Shown here piece after piece: positions 56,559 to 64,000 of a stretch of DNA of 64,000 nt (position 1 is the stretch's first letter; every line of letters starts with the position of its first letter). Origin of the DNA: an uncultured cyanobacterium (lineage in GTDB: Bacteria > Cyanobacteriota > Cyanobacteriia > PCC-9006 > JAAUQQ01); assembly GCA_963718615.1 (NCBI GenBank), contig OY970368.1, positions 5,600,001 to 5,664,000 on the forward strand, given 5' to 3'. The notes beneath the pieces are model-generated. The model made no database searches and was not told where the DNA came from. It saw nothing but the letters and a program-made list of their open reading frames with translations. A program made the translations under genes and the position numbers.

Positions 56559-58181
56559 ATGAGCATTCTAGTTTTTTTGCTTCGCGAATCTTGGTGGCAG
56601 GTTATTCTGGCAATTGCCTGTGGTTTACTCAGCGGTAGCTGTAGTGCAAGGCTTATTGCGCTCATTAACAGCATTGTTAGCGATCCTACAATGCCTGGCA
56701 TTGTACCTCAATTTATCGGTCTGTCTGTAGTCGTTCTAACTACAGCACCCATGGCTCAATATTTGCTCATTCATCTGTCCGAGGATGCGATCTATCAGTT
56801 GCGCATCAGGCTATGCGAGCAGATCCTGATGGCTCCTCTCCAACATCTAGAAACCTTAGGCTCCCCTCGCCTTTTAGCTTCTTTGACCGCAGACATCATG
56901 AAGCTTTCCAACACGGTTTTTATCGTTCCCTTTATTTGTATTGATATTTCTATCGTTCTTGGTTGCTTGACTTATCTTGCGGTTCTCTCCCGACTGGTCT
57001 TTCTATTTACGCTGTTGATGATCTTTTTGGGGCTCGTTACGTCCCAGTTTCTGCTGAGGCGATCGCGACAGTCCATGCGCAAAGCTCGTGATGAGCAGGA
57101 TCAACTGTTTAAGCATTTTCGAACCTTAACAGAAGGTATCAAGGAACTCAAGCTCCATCAGGATCGCCGTCAAGACTATCTCACGAATCAGCTTGCGGTC
57201 AGTGCCAATCACTCGCGACGCTATGCGAAAACCGGTCGAGTGTTCCTGGCTACCACCACCGCTTGGGGAAATTTCTTGTTTTTTTTGATTATTGGTTCCC
57301 TTTTACTCATCTTGCCTCGCCTGATCATCCTTGAACCCCTAGTGCTTTCGGGGTTTGTCTTGACAATGACCTACCTGATGGTGCCGTTCAAGAACCTGAC
57401 AGAACGCATTCCGCAGCTGATGGATATGGAGGTTGCCCTACAGAAAATTGCCCAGTTGGGGTTCAGCTTGGCGGATCAAACTGAGGATTTAAGCTTAACC
57501 CTACGTCAACCTATGACGCCTTTCCATCGCTTGGAATTGCGGGAAGTTTTTCACACCTACCGGGGAGAAGCCACAGATGAGGAATTTTCTCTGGGGCCAG
57601 TTAATTTGTCTTTTCATCCCGGTGAAATTGTATTTATTGTGGGTGGGAATGGCAGTGGAAAATCGACCTTGGCCAAGGTCATCACCAGTCTTTACATGCC
57701 TGAACAGGGTCAACTTCTGCTGAATGGTGAGGTTGTAACCGATCAAAACCAGGCTTGGTATCGTCAATACTTTACCGGTGTTTTTTCGGACTTTTACCTG
57801 TTTGATAATTTACTGGGTAGCGATCGCGATCAGACGGAGCGCCAAGCCCGTCGTTATCTCAAGCGGCTCTACCTCGATCATAAAGTTGATATTCAGCACA
57901 ACCAGTTCTCAACCCTTGCTCTGTCCCAAGGTCAGCGTAAACGTCTAGCGCTCTTGACCGTTTATCTTGACGATCGACCCATTTATTTATTTGATGAATG
58001 GGCTGCAGATCAGGATCCTCGCTTCCGAGCGGTATTTTATGAGGAGATTCTTCCCGATCTGCGAAATCGAGGCAATCTCGTGATTGCGATTACCCATGAT
58101 GATCGGTACTTTCACTTAGCAGATCGCGTTATTAAGCTCAACTATGGAAGGATTGAGTCTATTCAATTCACTCAGTCTTAG
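56559..58181 (+). CDS. Cyclic peptide export ABC transporter (SyrD/PvdE/YojI family)
   Basis: GIKELKL, GGNGSGKST, VFSDFYLF, LSQGQRKRLAL, FDEWAADQDP, ITHDDRYF. Confidence 0.92.
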   Translation: MSILVFLLRESWWQVILAIACGLLSGSCSARLIALINSIVSDPTMPGIVPQFIGLSVVVLTTAPMAQYLLIHLSEDAIYQLRIRLCEQILMAPLQHLETLGSPRLLASLTADIMKLSNTVFIVPFICIDISIVLGCLTYLAVLSRLVFLFTLLMIFLGLVTSQFLLRRSRQSMRKARDEQDQLFKHFRTLTEGIKELKLHQDRRQDYLTNQLAVSANHSRRYAKTGRVFLATTTAWGNFLFFLIIGSLLLILPRLIILEPLVLSGFVLTMTYLMVPFKNLTERIPQLMDMEVALQKIAQLGFSLADQTEDLSLTLRQPMTPFHRLELREVFHTYRGEATDEEFSLGPVNLSFHPGEIVFIVGGNGSGKSTLAKVITSLYMPEQGQLLLNGEVVTDQNQAWYRQYFTGVFSDFYLFDNLLGSDRDQTERQARRYLKRLYLDHKVDIQHNQFSTLALSQGQRKRLALLTVYLDDRPIYLFDEWAADQDPRFRAVFYEEILPDLRNRGNLVIAITHDDRYFHLADRVIKLNYGRIESIQFTQS

Positions 58182-58315
58182 TTTTTGTTGTAGTAAAAAT
58201 AACAAAATAGCTCTGAAGTGCCACGTATCCTTTGGAGAATGCGTCTAAATAACACCCTTTTCTAAAATAGAGGTGGTCTGTATAATAACCAAAAGAAAGA
58301 AAACAGCAAAAGGCC

Positions 58316-58430
58316 AGTAGTGCTATTTGCGAAAGGCTAGAGAATAATCAGGCAATCGTAGAATCCTTGCATTACAAGGAATCCTAGGCCCTTACCTGTT
58401 TTTCTATGGTTCTCCCGTAATGGCACTACC
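58316..58430. mobile_element. ~115-bp MITE, copy 2
   Basis: GTAGTGCTATTTGCGAAAGGCTAGAGAATAA ... TAATGGCACTACC; colinear with 21512-21626 apart from scattered substitutions. Confidence 0.8.
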
Positions 58431-58712
58431 CAAACCTACTCTGATGTAGATTGTGAATAGATGAGCGTGTAGGTTAGCAATAGAATTGAGTCGTTCTACA
58501 TTGAGCTGGAGCGTGTCACGTAATCATAGCAGGTAACAGCCTAAGCAATTCTTGATAAGCAATTCTTAAATACTTGCCTTTATTCCTGTTAATGAATTAT
58601 TAATGAGTTCGACTCTGATTTCATTATCAGATTTCATTGATAGAAGAAAAGTCAAATATTTTAAGCGCAGTACCGCGTCGCTAGAGTCAGCGTAAATACT
58701 ACTCACAAAACC

Positions 58713-60002
58713 ATGCATAGCTTGGCAATTCTTTTATTTTGTTTGTTTTTAGTGACTGTTGTGCGGATCCTGCGGGCAACGCTTCAGTTTCTTACCTTTT
58801 TAGGCGCGGATCAAGATGGGTGCAGCAACAGTGTAGAGAGAAGTTCTACATCATTGCCTAAGGTCGCTGTTGTCCTCAGTGTGCGTGGGAGCGATCCAGT
58901 TCTTGCCGATTGTGTTACAGCTTTGCTCCAGCAGGATTATCCCAACTATGCGGTCCGGATTGTTATCGATAGCCGAGAGGAGCCAGCATGGCAAACGGTG
59001 AGCAAGGTCATTGAGCAATTTAGCCCTGGTGAGGTGAACATTGAGCTTACCGCTCTAGAGGTGCGTCGTCCTACCTGTAGTTTGAAGTGTAGTGCTTTGG
59101 TGCAGGCGATCGCCAACCTAAACCCCTCCTTTGAAGTGATTGCTGTACTAGACGCAGATGTGGTTGCTCATCCGGGTTGGCTGAAAGCACTGGTGCGACC
59201 GCTACTGCAGGATCAGGATATTGGTGTGACTTCTGGTATCCGTTGGTACGCCCCGGCAGACTGGCAATATGGTTCGTTAGTTCGCTATTTATGGAATGTT
59301 TCTAGCGCGGTTAGCATGTATGTCTTCGATTGCCCTTGGGGAGGCTCTATGGCAATTCGAAGGTCTGTTTTTGATCAGGGAAAGTTGCTAGAAACCTGGA
59401 GCCAAGCTCTTTCCGATGATAATACTGCGGCAACCGCAGCCAAGAGCATCAATGCTCGTATTTGCTATACCCCAGACGTCATTATGGTGAACCGTGAGTG
59501 TTGTGATTTGAGTAGTTGCTGGCGCTTTGTGAAACGTCAATTTCTTTGGACAAAGCTTTACCACCCTCAATGGTTTCGCATTATTTTTCAAGTCTGGTTT
59601 AGAGTAGCAGTCCTAGCTGGTGCAATGCTACTGATGCCAATACTTTTCTTCAATCAACAGTGGGAGTTGTTCCAGTTAGTGGGTTTCGGAGTGGGGCTTT
59701 ATATGCTGACTGTATTCTTAGCATGGATTTTGCTGGAAAATGCCGTTCGAGAAAAGGTCTCTATGTATGGAGAATCTATGGGAAAAAATATATTGAAAGA
59801 GCGTCCTCTCAAGGCAATTTTATCTTTGTGTATTGCCCACGGTGTGACTTTGGCTGGAGCCATTTTTGCGTTGGGTATGAAATCGGTGGAATGGCGCGGT
59901 ATTACCTACAAGATTCAATCTCCTTTTCAAGTTGAGCTCCTAGGATATAATACTTATCAAGGCAGAACACAAGTGACTGAATCAAATATCTCAATTTTGT
60001 AG
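58713..60002 (+). CDS. Membrane glycosyltransferase, GT2 / ceramide-glucosyltransferase-like
   Basis: VVLSVRG, QDYPNY, LDAD, WGGSMA, LSDD, RQFLW, VEWRGITY; TM helices. Confidence 0.85.
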   Translation: MHSLAILLFCLFLVTVVRILRATLQFLTFLGADQDGCSNSVERSSTSLPKVAVVLSVRGSDPVLADCVTALLQQDYPNYAVRIVIDSREEPAWQTVSKVIEQFSPGEVNIELTALEVRRPTCSLKCSALVQAIANLNPSFEVIAVLDADVVAHPGWLKALVRPLLQDQDIGVTSGIRWYAPADWQYGSLVRYLWNVSSAVSMYVFDCPWGGSMAIRRSVFDQGKLLETWSQALSDDNTAATAAKSINARICYTPDVIMVNRECCDLSSCWRFVKRQFLWTKLYHPQWFRIIFQVWFRVAVLAGAMLLMPILFFNQQWELFQLVGFGVGLYMLTVFLAWILLENAVREKVSMYGESMGKNILKERPLKAILSLCIAHGVTLAGAIFALGMKSVEWRGITYKIQSPFQVELLGYNTYQGRTQVTESNISIL

Positions 60003-60060
60003 GATTTTCTTATACCAAGAGATCATCAGATATAGGTTTAGCTCTTGAGGCAGGAATTCT

Positions 60061-61653
60061 GTGGATTTATCTCGTCTCGATCGCGTCGCACAGGTTACAT
60101 CTTTCTATGAGAAAAAAGTATTCCAGATAGTGGCCTTTTGGCAGTATGCCATCTGTCGATTGCAAGCATTTGGATTAAAAGGATTAGGGCAGCTACCGAT
60201 ACAGAAATTTCGCCTATATTATGGACAAAGTTTGCGTAGACGGGGAGAGTTTAAAAAGGCGATCGCGATTTATCAAGAGATTTTAAACCACCATCCAGAC
60301 AACTCCCGCTGTCGATTACAATTGGCGAGTTTACTGCTTCAGCAAGGTCGGCGACAGATGGCATGCACGGTCCTGCCCGAAGCCAAGCATCTAGTTCCTG
60401 CTGACGCTCCAATAGTAAGTCCTGAAGCTCTCTCCTCTAAGACTTTGCACATTGTTCTGATTAGCGATTGTCCAGGAATCTATGGTGCAGAACAAATTAA
60501 CCATGGATTGATGTGTGGCCTCGTCAAAGCGGGTTACCGACTGACCTGTATTCAAAGTCGAGCGATGCATACTTTGATTGAACAACGGCAGTCTTTGGGC
60601 ATCGAGCATCGCTGGATATTGGCCGATGATATCTATCGCTTTCATGCGGATCAGCCCACGACTGCTTGGCAGCTTCCATGGGCGTTGGCTGATGCATCAG
60701 AAACTTTGCAGTATTTTATGGATACCGTACCAGATTTACTGATTTTTGCCGATGGTTGTATCGCTTCTAATTTGGCTGCGAAACAAATCGCGGCAGCACT
60801 TGATATCCCCTTTTTCGTGTTGATTCATCGGGTCGACCCTGGTTTTGCCCATCAGTTTGCACCCTATCTTCAGGAATTGTCCTCAGTTTGGCATCAAGCT
60901 AAAGCTGTAGTTACTGTTTCGCAGGAAAACCTGTTGCTCTTGCGGAAAAAGTTTGGTTTAGCCCAGAACCAAGGAAGTGTCATTCTCTGCGGTAGACCTG
61001 AAATATATTTTTCCTCACAAGATCAAGAAAAGAGAATCTCTGTACGAGAGAGGCTAGGTATTCCTCAGGATGCGATTGTCGTTTGCACAACGGCACGTAT
61101 GGATATTGATAAGGGCTATCAGTATCAAATCGATGCATTACGACAGCTAAAACAACGTCCTATTTGGTCAAAGCTCTATTTTTTATGGATTGGTACGGGG
61201 AGCCTAGCTGTATGGCTAAAGTTTATGCTGAAGCGTTGGAAGTTAGATGATCGTGTCTTTTGCCTAGGTGCTCGCAATGATGTTCCAGATTTGTTAGATG
61301 CTTCTGATATTTTTGTGTTGCCTTCTCAAGTGGAAGGAATGCCATTGTCGGTAATGGAGGCAATGGCGAAAGGGCTGGCAGTAGCAGCAACGGCAGTCAG
61401 CGGCATTCCTGAAGAATTGGGCAATACGGGGAAGCTTTTACCTGATCCGAAAGAGGATGCGGTAGGCATGGTTCAATCGTTGGTTGAGACGTTGGATGAT
61501 TGGGGACAAGATGTTGAGCGCTGTCGAACAATTGGTAAGGATTGTCGAGAGCGGGCAGAAAAACTATTTCAGGAAGAAATCATGCTCGGAAATTATCAAC
61601 AATTAATAGAGACAATCATGCTAAGAGAATCTTACAGATCTTTCTCAAATTAG
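60061..61653 (+). CDS. TPR + glycosyltransferase family 4
   Basis: N-terminal TPR (AIAIYQEIL..HPDN); ARMDIDKG, DIFVLPSQVEGMPLSVMEAMA.G. Confidence 0.88.
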   Translation: MDLSRLDRVAQVTSFYEKKVFQIVAFWQYAICRLQAFGLKGLGQLPIQKFRLYYGQSLRRRGEFKKAIAIYQEILNHHPDNSRCRLQLASLLLQQGRRQMACTVLPEAKHLVPADAPIVSPEALSSKTLHIVLISDCPGIYGAEQINHGLMCGLVKAGYRLTCIQSRAMHTLIEQRQSLGIEHRWILADDIYRFHADQPTTAWQLPWALADASETLQYFMDTVPDLLIFADGCIASNLAAKQIAAALDIPFFVLIHRVDPGFAHQFAPYLQELSSVWHQAKAVVTVSQENLLLLRKKFGLAQNQGSVILCGRPEIYFSSQDQEKRISVRERLGIPQDAIVVCTTARMDIDKGYQYQIDALRQLKQRPIWSKLYFLWIGTGSLAVWLKFMLKRWKLDDRVFCLGARNDVPDLLDASDIFVLPSQVEGMPLSVMEAMAKGLAVAATAVSGIPEELGNTGKLLPDPKEDAVGMVQSLVETLDDWGQDVERCRTIGKDCRERAEKLFQEEIMLGNYQQLIETIMLRESYRSFSN

Positions 61654-61670
61654 CCTCTAGGTATAAAGTA

Positions 61671-62600
61671 ATGGAAAATAGTAATATTGATTTTGATGGT
61701 GAGCTGAAAGACCCTAGTTTTATAGTACTTGGCGCATATAAAGCGGGCACTACAGCTTTATATCGCTATATGAGCCAACATCCACAAATTTATATGACTC
61801 CCTTTAAGGAGGCAAATTTTTTTGCAATGGATGGAGCAAAAATTGATTTTACTGGTCCTCGTGATAAGGAATGTTCTTCCTATCGACGCTCCGTTGTTGA
61901 ATTGGATGACTACCGTCAACTATTTGCTGACAGGACTTATGAACTATCCACAGGAGATATATCTCCTTTATACCTTTATTCATCCAGCGCTGCCCATAAA
62001 ATTAAGAATTATTTGCCCAACGTTAAGTTGATTGTAATTCTTAGGCAACCGGCTGAAAGAGCTATTTCAAGCTATGTTCATCTTGTTCGCGATAACCGAG
62101 AAGTCTTTAATGATTTTAGACATTCTTGGGAAAACGAACAGGCCAAAATAAAACAAGGATGGGATCCCATTCATTGCCTTCAAAGTGTTGGGTTTTACTA
62201 TGAGCAACTTTGTCGATATTATGATTTATTTCCGAAGGACAATATCAAAGTTATTTTATATGATGCTTTTCAAGCAAGACCCTATGAAGTTTTTCGTGAG
62301 ATATTTGAGTTTATAGGTGTAGACAAAACTTTTAAGCCTGATATATCAATTCGATACGGTCAAGGTAGATTGCCAATTGATCGCCCAATTGCGAATTGGA
62401 TTCGAGAATCTTTAGGTAAGCCATTAAAGAAGTCGAACAAAGTCATTTTAAGTTCTATAGGAAGTTCCATTATTTACTGGCTCACCTATAAACCTATATT
62501 TGACGATCAACTTAGGGAAGAGTTAACTGATTTTTATCGTGATGATATTCTGAAGTTGCAGCATTTAATTGATAATGATTTATCTTCATGGCTAAACTGA
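61671..62600 (+). CDS. Sulfotransferase
   Basis: 5'-PSB GAYKAGTTALY, KEANFF, 3'-PB LRQPAERAISSY. ATG 61671 preferred. Confidence 0.9.
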   Translation: MENSNIDFDGELKDPSFIVLGAYKAGTTALYRYMSQHPQIYMTPFKEANFFAMDGAKIDFTGPRDKECSSYRRSVVELDDYRQLFADRTYELSTGDISPLYLYSSSAAHKIKNYLPNVKLIVILRQPAERAISSYVHLVRDNREVFNDFRHSWENEQAKIKQGWDPIHCLQSVGFYYEQLCRYYDLFPKDNIKVILYDAFQARPYEVFREIFEFIGVDKTFKPDISIRYGQGRLPIDRPIANWIRESLGKPLKKSNKVILSSIGSSIIYWLTYKPIFDDQLREELTDFYRDDILKLQHLIDNDLSSWLN

Positions 62601-62640
62601 ATTGGTTGATTTTATTAACTAGTTGAATTTCTTGAAACCG

Positions 62641-63585
62641 ATGTCTTCTCGTTTAAATCAAATCACTGGCTCTTTAAGCCTCAATCGCATTATGCACCCT
62701 GGTTTGATTATTATTGGTGCCTATAAATGTGGAACAACAGCTTTATATAATTATTTGAATCAGCATCCGCAAATTTATATGACGCCTATTAAAGAAACCA
62801 ATTTTTTTGCGTTACGAGGAAAAGCTCCTTTCTTCAAAGGACCTGGTGATGAACAATCACCTACTATGAGATTATCAATTATCCATTTAGACGAATATCA
62901 AAAACAATTTGATACTATTTCTGATCGGACAATTACAGGTGAAGCCTCGCCTTTATATCTGTATGAACCGAGTACAGCTCAATGCATCGCCTCCTATCGT
63001 CCAGATGTAAAACTCATTGTAATTCTGCGACAGCCTGCAGAACGTGCCTACTCTAATTTCATTCAAAAGGTGCGAGAAGGTCGAGAGAGACTGAGCGGAT
63101 TTCAACAAGCCTTAGAGCAGGAGCCTGAAAGAATCAAAAACAACTGGGAACCCATCTGGTTTTTTAGAGAGGCAGGTCTCTACTATTCGCAACTGAAACG
63201 ATATTTTGATTATTTCCCACCAGAACAAATCAAAGTAATTTTGCAGGAAGATCTATTACAACGACCGAAGGAAACTTTTATAGATCTGTTTAGGTTTATT
63301 GGTGTGGACGAAACCTTTCAGCCGAATACTGTTATAAAGCATAATCAGTCTCGCATTCCTATCAATGGACCGATCGCGAATCTACTGCGTAAGTCTCTGC
63401 TACCATTTTTCAAGCAGTCTAGCTTAGATTGGGTCAGACTGCTCGGTAATACCATTGAATATCCTATAACATATAAGCCGAAACTATCTCAATCTCTAAA
63501 AAGACAGCTGACTGAGTTTTATTACGATGATATTATTCAGCTTCAAACCTTGATTCAAAGAGATTTATCTCACTGGCTTGAATGA
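62641..63585 (+). CDS. Sulfotransferase (tandem paralog)
   Basis: GAYKCGTTALY, KETNFF, GEASPLY, LRQPAERAYS. Confidence 0.9.
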   Translation: MSSRLNQITGSLSLNRIMHPGLIIIGAYKCGTTALYNYLNQHPQIYMTPIKETNFFALRGKAPFFKGPGDEQSPTMRLSIIHLDEYQKQFDTISDRTITGEASPLYLYEPSTAQCIASYRPDVKLIVILRQPAERAYSNFIQKVREGRERLSGFQQALEQEPERIKNNWEPIWFFREAGLYYSQLKRYFDYFPPEQIKVILQEDLLQRPKETFIDLFRFIGVDETFQPNTVIKHNQSRIPINGPIANLLRKSLLPFFKQSSLDWVRLLGNTIEYPITYKPKLSQSLKRQLTEFYYDDIIQLQTLIQRDLSHWLE

Positions 63586-63625
63586 CCTAGGCAGATCAAA
63601 GAAAACCATAACACCAAAAAACATT

Positions 63626-64000
63626 ATGGAGAAAATCTGTATTGTCACCACGATTAAAGCTTCACTACAGCAAACCTTGATGTTTGTGGCTTATCATTTG
63701 AATATTGGTGTTGATAACATAATCTTGTTTTTCTCCGAACCTGGGGATGAGGCGATCGCAACGCTTTCAAACATTCCACAGGTGATTTGTATTCCTTGCG
63801 ATCGCGCTCACTGGAATCAGCAGGGTATTGAACATCCAGAAGAACTAACGCTATCTCAGCGACAGTATATTAATGCTGATGTTGGACTGGCGATCGCCCG
63901 ATCTCAAGGCATAGACTGGATCTCCCACATTGACAGTGATGAACTAATCTATTCTGAACAGGATGTCAAAGCTATTCTTGCCGATTACGATGCGGATATT
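63626..64000 (+). CDS. Glycosyltransferase (GT2-like, Glyco_tranf_2_4 type), runs off the window; absent from the ORF track
   Basis: My translation from ATG 63626: MEKICIVTTIK...FVAYHLNIGVDNIILFF...RQ..NA...DWISHIDSDELIY; no stop before 64000. Confidence 0.8.
   Translation, partial: MEKICIVTTIKASLQQTLMFVAYHLNIGVDNIILFFSEPGDEAIATLSNIPQVICIPCDRAHWNQQGIEHPEELTLSQRQYINADVGLAIARSQGIDWISHIDSDELIYSEQDVKAILADYDADI

Larger units (their letters stand above)
1..64000. repeat. HIP1 (GCGATCGC) highly iterated palindrome, dispersed throughout core regions
   Basis: GCGATCGC recurs very frequently (e.g. 69-76, 222-229, 696-703); it is a hallmark of many cyanobacterial genomes. Visibly sparse between about 15.0 and 22.4 kb. 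Confidence 0.95.

Overview
Cyanobacterial chromosomal window: dense HIP1 octamers (GCGATCGC) and psbU, btpA and the rimO-crhR pair. Core genes occupy about 1-14.4 kb (FHA-adenylate cyclase, psbU, nadB, VKOR, btpA, rimO, crhR, aldo/keto reductase, ManS-like kinase, crtL-type cyclase) and about 43-47 kb (glyA, wecA-like, cinA). The most interesting part is an AT-richer, HIP1-poor island at about 15.0-23.0 kb. It holds a BpsA/DUF43-like (dc)SAM transferase with an NPPW motif, whose last 14 codons were cut off by an IS3-family element (3-bp TCA duplication). Before the insertion this gene overlapped a gene of unknown family. A second, diverged paralog of that unknown family is transcribed divergently from an HTH / ImmA-IrrE peptidase / PIN-like triad, across a spacer with a perfect inverted repeat. 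This looks like a candidate undescribed modification/defence system (inference). Also present: a candidate biosynthetic cluster (SH3 protein, PaaK-like ligase with a long unknown extension, three glycosyltransferases, A-PCP-TE NRPS-like enzyme with a non-canonical TE), a pseudo-orthocaspase next to a 5xLysM hydrolase, a CHAT-CHASE2/DUF928/sigma-like module, toxin-antitoxin loci, two copies of a ~115-bp MITE, and the start of an ABC exporter / glycosyltransferase / sulfotransferase cluster running off the right edge. No rRNA, tRNA or CRISPR array was recognised. All family calls come from motif recognition by eye, not from database searches.
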